Assembly: GCF_001194135.2 (NCBI RefSeq)
Contig: NC_068998.1
Location: 45,152,599-45,216,598 of the forward strand
DNA from: Octopus bimaculoides
Taxonomy: Eukaryota
DNA: 64,000 nucleotides
Direction of reading: 5' to 3'
Below, piece after piece: positions 53,827 through 64,000 of this stretch (position 1 is the stretch's first letter; each line of letters starts with the position of its first letter). The translations under genes were made by a program, and so were the position numbers. Below the pieces are notes generated by a model. The model searched no databases, was not told the origin of the DNA, and saw only the letters and a list, made by a program, of their open reading frames with translations.

Positions 53827-55094
53827 ATAAAACACCTGGTAGTTGATGAAACTAAACCAGGAAACCATACTAACTTCACCCAGTTGTCCACATACACCAA
53901 ACTATTAACACTGGTACATAATGAGACTGGGTCGATGAATTTAGTTGTGTCATATTCCTCCAATGAAATATTTCCCTAACCTCATAACACTACCTTTTTA
54001 AACTGAAATTACATCTGCTCCAGTTATTTGGTTTGCTTTATTCATTTATTCTTTGTTTAATTTGCCATAATATTTTCAAATAACTACAAGTAAAATGTGC
54101 CATCTATTGAAACACAAAAATTTCTCTTTATTGCCTGTCATTAAACCAATGGAATCAAATGCAAAGACAAAAAAAAAAGAAAATAGTACACAGCAGGCCA
54201 TCACTGACAAGCAAGTATGGCTTGGTAGCATGTAACATGCTTTCCCTAATTGCTTTAGGTGCCTGTGTAGCCACATGCACACATTCTTGACTCCCTTGCT
54301 TTTGGTTGCAGCAGAACATCTAAGATAGAGCATCTGGAGGGAAAGAATGCCGTCCCAGCACCCAGCTGGTACTAATAACAACTGAAATGAAATAAAGTTA
54401 ATATGAAATAATATGCCTAACTCAGGGACATAATACCCCACCCCATCCAAGAATTGAACTCTTTATTATAATGAGCCAAACTCCCTAATCATTTAGCCAT
54501 GAACTTGCATGAATAAATAGGATGAATAGGATATTTATTTCAGTTCAATTTAAATAGCTATTGTCTATGATTACAATGAAAATTATGCGAATTCTTCCAT
54601 TCCAAGCAATGATGCATATAAAAGAACAAAGCTTGATGAGGTTTCATTGTTGATAGCAATGAGAACAAGTGTTTTGAAGTCTAATTTGTGTCAACAACCT
54701 GAACAAAGTATAAATTGATAGGATCCATATATTTCATAATAAATACATTTGTGAATGAAGATGAACATTCCTGAACTAAAAACCTCTACATGTGATGATT
54801 CACAGAGGTTTTAGATAAAGAATGAAAGAGTAACATTTATAGTTCAATTCCACAGTTAGTTCAGAAAGGCTGGATAGTAACATTATGAAGATACAATTGT
54901 GCATCAATGTATAATCTGAATCTCGTTTGAAATAATTGTTATGTTCATACTTTTTCAATAAATATTTGATATACAGGGAAAAAAAACATCTCTAGCTCCT
55001 AATTAAATATGGTTCTAACAGTTTTGACATGTACAAAGATAAGTAACAAAGTAACAATATTTTGAAAATATTCCATCTTTTTTATCCTTTATAT

Positions 55095-56300
55095 TTTACT
55101 TGTTTCGGTCACTAGACTGCGGCCATGCTGGGGCACTGCTATGAAGGATTTTGGTCAAATGAATCCACCCCAATACTTAGTCTTTTTTAAAACCTTGTAT
55201 TTAATCTGTTGTCTCTTGTGCCAAACTACTAAGTTACAGGGACAAAAACACACAGACACTGGTTGTCAAGAGGGGGGCAAACAGACACAAAGGCACACAC
55301 TCCTAGATGTATATACATACATGTGTGTGTGTGCATGTATGTGGGTGTGAATATATATCATCATCATCATCATCGTTTAACATCCGTTTCCCATGTTGGC
55401 ATGGGTTGGATGGTTTGACTGAGGTCTGGAAAGCCAGTAGGCTGCACCAAGCTCCAATCTGATCTGGTAAAGTTTCTACAAGTGGATGCCATTCCTAACA
55501 CCAACCACTCCGAGAGTGTAGTGGCTGCTTTTTACATGCCAGGAGCCAGTCAGGCATCCCTGGCATCGATCACGTTTGGATATATATATAGACTTTTGGA
55601 AATGTGCTGTGTGTGAGAAGACCCGGCAAGCCAAGTAAGATCGTTGCCAGTGCCCCTGGACTGGCTCTTGTGTGGGTGGCACATGAGATGCACCATTTTG
55701 AGCGTGGCCGTTGCCAGTACCGCCTGACTGGCTCCCATAGGATTTTCGAGTGAGATCGTTGCCAGTGCCCCTGGACTGGCCTGTGCGGGTGGCACATAAA
55801 AGACACCATTNNNNNNNNNNNNNNNNNNNNNNNNNNNNNNNNNNNNNNNNNNNNNNNNNNNNNNNNNNNNNNNNNNNNNNNNNNNNNNNNNNNNNNNNNN
55901 NNNNNNNNNNNNNNNNNNNNNNNNNNNNNNNNNNNNNNNNNNNNNNNNNNNNNNNNNNNNNNNNNNNNNNNNNNNNNNNNNNNNNNNNNNNNNNNNNNNN
56001 NNNNNNNNNNNNNNNNNNNNNNNNNNNNNNNNNNNNNNNNNNNNNNNNNNNNNNNNNNNNNNNNNNNNNNNNNNNNNNNNNNNNNNNNNNNNNNNNNNNN
56101 NNNNNNNNNNNNNNNNNNNNNATATATATATATATAAGCATATACATGACGGGCGTCTCTCAGTTTCCATCTACCAAATCCACTCCCAAGCTTTTGGTCA
56201 GCCCGAGGCTATAGTGGAAGAACTACCCTAAAGTGTGATGCAGTGTAACTGAACTCAAAGCCCCATAGGTTGAGAAGCAAAAGTCTTAGCACTCAGCCAC
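55095..56300 (-). mobile_element. SINE family B split by a family E insertion and a gap (B 3' part 55095-55310; E 55355-55810; B 5' part 56140-56300)
   Basis: The two B halves are collinear; E sits in the central microsatellite of B. Confidence 0.75.
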
Positions 56301-56767
56301 ATCTTATTAAATTTCATAGCAGGGCATCATTTTAGTCCTCCATACATGAACATGTATGACATTTCAGTTATTATTTCAGTTATTATTTCAGTTAATAATA
56401 ACAATTATTATTATTATTAATGCTTTCCCATTCTTAGAAAGAATGGGAAAGCATTATCTACGACCAAGTTGTATCAGGTATATTACACACACACACACAC
56501 ACACATGTTCACTAATATTCTGCATAAAGTCATAAGTAATTGTAAATTTCTTCCTATGAAGTGGGCTGCATGAACTCTAATCAACAGGCTTTGAAGATCT
56601 ATAGTTATGTGTGTGCATGTGCATGCACATGTGCACACACATACACACAAATATTATTTCTCTCTAATAAACATAGGGTTCTTTTCATTTTAAAATATAA
56701 ATATTGTGTGTACAAATATGAATATTGTGTACACTCACGATTTTATATTTAATATTCCATAAATATT

Positions 56768-57097
56768 GGGTGGCGAGCTGGCACCATCGTTAGCATGCCG
56801 TGCGAAATGCTCAGAGGTATTTCGTCTGCCGTTATGTTCTGAGTTCAAATTCCACCAAGGTTGACTTTGCTTTTATCCTTTCGGGGCCGATTAAATAAAA
56901 TCTTGAGTGTACACAATATTAATATTTATACACACAATATTTGTATTTTAAAATGAAAAGAACCCTACGCTTATTAGAGAGAAATAATGTTTGTGTGTAT
57001 GTGTGTGCCCACTGGGGTTGATGTAATCGACTTAATCCTTTTATCTGTCATCGTTTGTCCCCTCTATGTTTAGCCCACTGTGGGCATTAACGAAATA
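56768..57097 (+). mobile_element. SINE family A interrupted by an inverted copy of its upstream flank
   Basis: SINE 5' part 56768-56894 and 3' part 57011-57097. 56895-57007 is the reverse complement of 56635-56746. TSD-like aatattccataa lies on both sides. Confidence 0.85.
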
Positions 57098-57734
57098 AAT
57101 ATTCCATAATCATCAGTGAATTATGTATTGATATTGGCACATAATTCTTGGTTAATTAGACACAAATGAATTAAATAATGAATGAGCTTTATGAAAGGCT
57201 ACAATACAACATAGTTAACACGACCTGAATCTCAAACATCCCAACTAGTTGTCCATTGCTGAGACTTGTCTCTTACCATCAATAGTGTATCATGTGAAAA
57301 TTAATCAGCAATTCTCTGTTACCTGACTTTGAAACCTGTATCAGTGTTAGAATGTTTCTAATGCAGACAATCGAATGAAAAATAAGCATTAAATATTTAT
57401 TCCTTCTAACTAGGTAGAGGGCCAAACATTTTCACTGAAATTTACCAGGAAAAGAAAGTGTGGGAAAGAGATAGAATGCGAGTTGTTTCTCTGTGTGTGT
57501 GTGCGTGTGTGTGTGCGTGTGTGCGTGTGTGTGTCTGTGTGTGTGTGTGTGTGCGTGTGTGTGTTGATGTGAGCATTGTCTATAATATTGATATGTATTT
57601 ACTCTTCATTCCCCAACGCAGAAATTGTAGAAACAAATGTAAAGTTTTTTGCTAAGTTGCTGCCGTTATTAAAAAATAAATTTCATATTTAAAACATGTC
57701 TTTAAAGTACCTGGGAGAGAGAGCACATACAAAG

Positions 57735-57940
57735 TACGCACGGGTGGGGGTTGAAAAGTTCCTGGCTTTGAGTAAAAGAAAATACAGGAGGATCAGATAA
57801 TAATGGCTTTACTCAAATCCATACACTTACTGTTGCAGTCCTTCAGTTTTTCTAAGCCCTGTAAAAGAACTCGTAAGGTTGGGCATCCAACAAGGCCTCT
57901 CTTGATATTCTTAGAGCCAGGAACTTTTCAACCCCTCGTA
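57735..57940. mobile_element. Mariner-type MITE
   Basis: TIRs tacg..gggggttgaaaagttcctggct / agccaggaacttttcaacccctcgta with TA ends; resembles the TIR at 519-548. Confidence 0.85.
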
Positions 57941-58449
57941 TTTACATATTTACTTCATTTTCCTGTAAGTACTCAAATAATTCTCATTAAATTTCAGTCG
58001 ACATACACCAGGAATAGTATTTCTTCATTTTTATTTTGATGACTCCTGTTTTTTTGTTTTGTTTTGTTTTTTTTTCGCCCCGTTTTTTCGTTATTATAAT
58101 GATGTTTTCTGTGAAAGCGTAATAAATATAAGAATAACGTGGGCTCTGTATTTCACTGTTTGCTTAACGATAAGCAAGATATTGAACGAAGAGCAATAAC
58201 TGTTATTAAACATTGCCTAGAGTTATTTCCCTGTACACAGTTGTTTCCTACACTTGGATCTGTTAGCGTTTTTTATTAGGCTTGCCACGAGTTTAACATG
58301 GATTCGAAAATTTTGAATAATTTTATTTCAAAATTACCTCTTCAGATTTTATTATTAGTCTAATTAATGTTACAGAAGGCCAAGATAATATGATGTAAGA
58401 CTATTTTAAGGTTTGATGCTGGATATTTGTGCTTTATGAATAATTATCA

Positions 58450-58707
58450 AGTTAAAGAAGTGATTTTAAATTCTCAATCGCAGAATAATGCTAATAATAT
58501 AGCCTGAACAAGATACATTATCCCTATTTTGCAGAGAAAAGTGTAGGTGGCTAGCTGTGGACTCGAACTCACATCCCCGTGATTACATGTCACGATGCTT
58601 TGACAGCCACCTACACTTTTCTCTGCAAAATAGGGATAATTTATCCTGTTCAGGCTATATTTTTAGCATTATTCTGCGATTGAGAATTTAAAATCACTTC
58701 TTTAACT
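58450..58707. repeat. ~103-bp inverted repeat with a tRNA-like 52-nt spacer
   Basis: Arms 58450-58552 and 58605-58707 differ at only a few positions. The spacer on - reads gtcaaagcatcgtga-catgtaa-tcacggggatgtgagttcgagtccacagct. Confidence 0.92.
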
Positions 58708-59129
58708 TTCTAAAAGACATCTCAACGCTTCTAAAAGCAAACTTCGTTTGTTTTTTTACGTTTATCGTAATTTGAATTTAATTATCAAGTATTTCATAAG
58801 CTTCCAGTGTTAGATTCAATAATTTCAGTTAATAGAGAAGGCAGTTCCCATGATTTCTTCCCAAAGGTACTGAATTTAGCAGGAACGTCCCTAGAACAAC
58901 CTTAATAAGAAAAAGGTTGTTCAGTACAATTGCACCTAAAATGGTGAGCTGGCAAAATTATTATTGCATCAAATAAAACTAATTTATTAATTAAGAGTAA
59001 CGACCAGACTTGCTGTTTCTTTTTCTTTTCTCTTTGTTTAATTCTCCTTAACTCCGGGTCAGCCTCAATGGAGCAGACTTATGATCAAAGGGGCTCTAGC
59101 TATGACCATTCTCTCTCTTTTTTATTCTT

Positions 59130-59497
59130 TTACTTCTCTACATGTTTCAGTCTCATTTGACTGCAGCCATACTGGAGCATCGACTTTATTCAAACAAATC
59201 AACCCCAGGACTTATTGTTTGTAAGCCTAGTGCTTATTCTATCGTATATTTTGCCGGACTGCTAAGTTATGGGGATGTAAACACACCAACATCGGTCATC
59301 AAACGATGATAGGGGACAAACACAGACACACATACACAAACATACATATATATATATATGACAGGTTTCTTTCATTTGCCATATACCAAATTCACTCACA
59401 AGTAGAAGACAATTTCCCAAGGTACCACACAGTGGGACTGAACTTGAAATCATGTGGTTGGGAAGCAAGCTTCTGACCATACAGCCACACCTGCACC
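59130..59497 (-). mobile_element. SINE family B
   Basis: Complete diverged reverse copy. Confidence 0.85.
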
Positions 59498-59521
59498 TCT
59501 TTATATATAAACAACTAAAGG

Positions 59522-59817
59522 AAGGCATGTGGGTTTAGTGATTGAGGTATTCAGCTCATGATAAGGTCATGAGTTCGATTCTCAGCAGCACATTTTGTCC
59601 TGAAGCAAGACACTTTTATTCCCTGTCCACTCAGCTGGCAAAATTGTATGGGGCCAACCTAGTCACATTCTGTGTCACACCGAATCTCCCCGAGAACTAC
59701 GTTAAGGGTACACATGTCTGTGGAGTGCTCAGCCACTTGCGTGCTAATTTCATGAGCAAGCTGCCCTGTTTGTCGGAGCCACTGGAACCCTCATCGTCGT
59801 AACCGACGGAGTGCCAT
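59522..59817 (+). mobile_element. SINE family C variant
   Basis: B-box gagttcgattctc; ccgagaactacgttaagggtacacatgtctgtggagtgctcagccacttgc. Confidence 0.85.
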
Positions 59818-60914
59818 TTTATATGTAACTAAGATAACATTAGTCATCGTGTCCCTCGTTTTCTACGATGGTCGTGTGATTTATGCCTTCATTAAACTAC
59901 TTATATATAATAATAGTCGCAAACGAGTAGAACTATCTATTAGCAATGGAATCGACACCATTTTGTTAACAGCTGCTATGCCAATAACTTATATATTTAT
60001 CATCACGGGAGTAGCAATACAGTGTTGATGATCAATAAATAAATATATGACGAGACATGTTTATGTATTTAGTTTCGCTGTGAAATTAGGCCCCACGGCA
60101 GCTTTCTTCGATAACTTTAAAAAGAAATCGCTGCAGAAGATTGTGTATTAAAATATAAGCAAATATGTGCCTAGGCACAATTCATTTTCTTTATCAAATG
60201 AACAATTAAGATACAAGATATTTTAAGCGTTCGCCAAGGTCAAGGGGGATAACTCTAAATTGACTATCAGTTGTGAAGTAGACGAAGTGTATACAAACGT
60301 TCTATATTTCTACATGGATCCTAAAGTTGTCCAACTTGAAAGCGGAGCGAGGTGGGACAAACGGAAAGAGACGGAGAGAGAGAGAGATGTTGAAAGACAA
60401 TAACGTTAGCTTGCATATCGGTTGACTGATTCCTTTATATCTTCCGTCCTTCAATCTCTTTAGTATTAAAAATTAGATTTCTGAAAATAAATAATTCTAT
60501 TCAACTATGCGTGTGTGCACCCATATTCTCCATTTAATTCTGTGGCCAATTTCGACAAAATGAGAAGGAAACTACGGAAATATACAGAACGAAAGTGTAC
60601 TTCTTTTAAGTTTACTTATCCTGTCTTGAATGTTTTCGAGTCTGTAAACACTTCGTTTTTCCTGATATCATTCAAAATCAAGAACGCTTCTAACGAACAC
60701 GAGCTAAGAAAGTTGATTGATAAGTGCTTGTTGCTAGTATATCAAACAAAAGTAACTTGTGATTCCACAAGAATTATGTTCCATTTTTCCCAAGGTAGAC
60801 TTAGCTAATCAACAGAAATCAATAAAATAAATACCAATCAAATTTCTTGTACTTATTTTGACTCAATCCTTAGAAGAAACCACTAAAACAGTACATTGTA
60901 AGCTATAAATTTAT

Positions 60915-61202
60915 ACTGTTCTATATTTAAGAGATGAGGACTTATGTACATTATTCACATTTGACGGATAATTGTCCTCATCTTGTTTGTTGTTAACACA
61001 ATGTTTCAGTTGATATACCATCCAGCCTTCGTCAGGTGTCTTGGGGAAATCTCGAACCTGGGTTCTCATTCCTAAGGTGTTTTTCGATATTGTTATTATT
61101 ATTATTATTATCATTGTTGTTGTTGTTCAGGTCACTGCTTCAAATCGAACTCGGAATCTTGGGGTTAGTAGCCAGTGCTCTTAACCACTACGCCATATAC
61201 CC
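60915..61202 (-). mobile_element. tRNA-headed SINE family G with hammerhead-like motif
   Basis: A-box tggcgtagtgg, B-box gagttcgattt, hammerhead fold at 60995-61040, and 3' hairpin agatgaggac/gtcctcatct (60932-60983). Confidence 0.85.
60995..61040 (-). ncRNA. Degenerate minimal type-I hammerhead ribozyme
   Basis: GACAC-CTGACGA-A-GGCTG(gatggtatat)CAACT-GAAAC-ATT-GTGTT: intact CUGANGA and GAAA, stem I GACAC/GUGUU, and damaged stem II and stem III. Confidence 0.7.
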
Positions 61203-61254
61203 GTGGGCATAGTGTAAATAATGTACTTTTTTACTCTCTTTTTTTTTACTCTTT

Positions 61255-62015
61255 TTTTTAAACTCTTTTACTTGTTTCAGTCATTTGACTGTGGCCATGC
61301 TGGAGCACTGCCTTTAGTCGAGCAAATTGACCCCAGGACTTATTCTTTGTAAGCCTAGTACTTATTCTATCGGCCTCTTTGCCGAACCGCTAAGTTACGG
61401 GGACGTAAACACACCAGCATCGGTTGTCAAGCGATGTTGAGGAGACAAACACAGACACACAAACATATACACACACACATACATATATATATATNNNNNN
61501 NNNNNNNNNNNNNNNNNNNNNNNNNNNNNNNNNNNNNNNNNNNNNNNNNNNNNNNNNNNNNNNNNNNNNNNNNNNNNNNNNNNNNNNNNNNNNNNNNNNN
61601 NNNNNNNNNNNNNNNNNNNNNNNNNNNNNNNNNNNNNNNNNNNNNNNNNNNNNNNNNNNNNNNNNNNNNNNNNNNNNNNNNNNNNNNNNNNNNNNNNNNN
61701 NNNNNNNNNNNNNNNNNNNNNNNNNNNNNNNNNNNNNNNNNNNNNNNNNNNNNNNNNNNNNNNNNNNNNNNNNNNNNNNNNNNNNNNNNNNNNNNNNNNN
61801 NNNNNNNNNNNNNNNNNNNNNNNNNNNNNNNATATATATATATATATACATTTATATGACAGGCTTCATTCAGTTTCCGTCTACCAAATCCACTCACAAG
61901 ACTTTGGTCGGCCCGAGGCTATAGTAGAAGACACTTGCCCAAGATGCCACGCAGTGGGACTGAACCCGGACCCATGTGGTTGGAAAGCAAGCTACTTACC
62001 ACACAGCCACTCCTG
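61255..62015 (-). mobile_element. SINE family B spanning a gap
   Basis: Both halves match family B. Confidence 0.88.
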
Positions 62016-62116
62016 TGCATATGTGTAATTTAAGTGCATTTTGATAAAAAGAGAAATTTATCTAAGGTAAGAAAAATCTTTTGATTCTCATTTCTGGGCT
62101 CCAGCTTGGCCACACA

Positions 62117-62394
62117 CTTGTGTACTTAGTTTCCCTATTACACTACTATCAATATCAACTCACGATAATGTAGAATCAGTAGGAGCCCTGAGTTTGTTTC
62201 CCTGCAACTAGACGGCCCCATCTGGGAGTGATGGGAGACAATGACACCCAAAGGGTGTTCCTTACGTGTAGTCTATTTCGTAATTTTGTTTTGATTGTTG
62301 TCACTGAAGAAAACCCTTCTTATTTCTTTGCTGCCCAGTAGCAAATGATCCACGGGCTGGTCCCAGTCCACAGCCTGGTGGGTGGGGACCTCTG
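62117..62394 (-). mobile_element. hAT Charlie3/MER1-like internally deleted element (left TIR plus transposase C-terminus)
   Basis: Minus strand starts CAGAGGTCCCCACCC..GGACTGGGACCAGCCCGTGG. 62176-62319 encodes EGFSSVTTIKTKLRNRLHVRNTLWVSLSPITPRWGRLVAGKQTQGSY*, like the Charlie3 C-terminus as I recall it. Confidence 0.85.
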
Positions 62395-62744
62395 ATGTAC
62401 AGGAGATACATTGTTACACCCACAGGAAAGAGAGTAAAGGATGGTGGCGATGAGGTCGTTTTTAATTACTATCAAGTAATTTTTTTTCCTCATTATATTT
62501 TTTCCTCATTATATTTTTTCCAGAGGCAATTATTGGAACAATTCATGAAATTAATTTTCTTTTTATTAATTGTAGTTAAATGAAAAATGAAATTCTCATT
62601 TCAATGGATCATCAAACTTCCATTTGATTTTTCACCCAAACAAACTGTTGGCAAGAATGTCTTTTGCTATTCTGTCGTCAAAATATGGAAAGAAAATGTT
62701 AAATTTTGCAAATGTTTATTGTTTTGGGGGCAGTTTTATCACTA

Positions 62745-63090
62745 GGTCCCCGGTGTGGATGTGGGGTAAGAAGTTTGCTTCCCAACCACATGGTTCTGTG
62801 TTCAGTCCCACTGCATGGCATCTTGAACAAGTATCTTCTAGTATAGCTCCAGACCGACTAAAGCCTTGTGAGTGGATTTGGCAGATGGAAACTGAAAGGA
62901 ACCTTTTATGTGTGTGTGTGTGTGATAACTTAGTGCTTCAGTAAGGCGGAAGATTCAACAGAATAGTTACCAGGCTTCAAGAACAATTAAAAACAAAACA
63001 AGTGCTGGAGTTGATGCATTTGACTAAAATTCTTCAAGATGGTGCCTCAGCCTGGCCACGGCCTAATGACAAAAACAAGTAAAAACAAAA
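62745..63090 (+). mobile_element. SINE family B, diverged
   Basis: gtggatgtggggtaagaagtttgcttcccaaccacatgg head and gactgaaa-like tail. Confidence 0.8.
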
Positions 63091-63475
63091 TTTTATTTTC
63101 CATCTCAGCTAGTGCACAGCAGTCAACAAACTAAAAATCTATTGTATAAAAACAAGCTCAGGGATTTGAAGCTTGCTTTCTTGCATCGTCTAATAATATA
63201 TTTTCAGATACTGAATCAATATTGATATTGGCCTTCATGTCCACCCTCATGTCCAGACCATCAGCCTCGGGCTATAGCCACAGTTAGCAAATACCACCTA
63301 CAGATAGTATTAGTATTAGTATGCTTTGTAATTGGATAATCTCAAACAGGATTAAGTCTGTAGTGGCAGTATTTTATTTTAAGCATTAATTTGAGATCGC
63401 CTTTATAGCTGTATATAGTGGGCTTTCTTCTGCTATATACATACGTACATGTGTGTATGTATGTATGTATATATA

Positions 63476-63543
<68 letters not shown>

Positions 63544-63546
<3 letters not shown>

Positions 63547-63929
63547 TGTAGGAGTTTCTGTGTGGTAAGTAGCTTGCTTACCAACCACATGGTTCCGGGT
63601 TCAGTCCCACTGCGTGGCACCTTGGGCAAGTGTCTTCTAACATAGCCTCGGGCCGACCAAAGCCTTGTGAGTGGATTTGGTCGATGGAAGCTGAAAGAAG
63701 CCCATCGTATATATGTATATATGTGTGTGTGTATGTGTATGTGTTTGACAACCGATGCTGGTGTGTTTACGTACCCGTAACTTAGCGGTTCGGCAAAAGA
63801 GACCGATAGAATAAGTACTAGGCTTTCATAGAATAAGTTGTGGGGTCGATTTGCTCGACTAAAGGCAGTGCTCCAGCATGGCCACAGTCAAATGACTGAA
63901 ACAAGTAAAAGAATAAAAGAGAGTAAAGA

Positions 63930-63930
<1 letters not shown>
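63544..63930 (+). mobile_element. SINE family B, young near-full copy
   Basis: Head through (gtaaaaga)n tail; lacks part of the central segment. Confidence 0.9.
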
Positions 63931-63965
<35 letters not shown>

Positions 63966-64000
63966 GTAAGCACATAAATGTGAAACAAGGTAGGAAAAAT

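Larger units (their letters stand above)
57700..61200. promoter_or_regulatory. CpG-retaining domain (possible promoter or unmethylated region)
   Basis: Unique sequence here visibly contains many more CG dinucleotides than unique sequence elsewhere (qualitative, not counted exhaustively). Confidence 0.35.

Noticed and set aside
58553-58604. Functional tRNA-Thr gene
   Set aside because: Lacks a D-arm and has a defective T-stem and A33; treated as a SINE-derived remnant.
60515-60808. 97-aa ORF in the CpG-retaining block
   Set aside because: No recognisable domain or splice donor; length is compatible with chance.

Overview
AT-rich, gap-ridden eukaryotic scaffold with about 11 N-gaps, most abutting (TA)n tracts. 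The SINE families and microsatellite load look like an octopus (cephalopod) genome; this is recognition from memory, not a database match. I recognised no host protein-coding gene. Most of 1-57.5 kb is CpG-poor and intron-like, with only scattered short exon candidates. A comparatively CpG-retaining block at about 57.7-61.2 kb may be a promoter or unmethylated region. Repeats dominate: at least 7 tRNA-derived or SINE-like families (about 45 copies, several nested), mariner and hAT remnants and MITEs, and decayed LINE relics (R4/Dong-like, RTE-like, Penelope GIY-YIG). Most notable observations: (1) a tRNA-headed SINE carrying a minimal type-I hammerhead ribozyme fold (2 copies), plus a separate hammerhead-bearing Penelope-type tandem/inverted repeat; (2) a hAT fragment whose sequence and encoded C-terminus closely resemble vertebrate Charlie3/MER1, a possible horizontal transfer; (3) a textbook AG|GTGAGT recursive-splice-like site; (4) a ~100-bp duplication flanking a SINE; (5) a cluster of fold-back inverted duplications at 56.4-58.7 kb.
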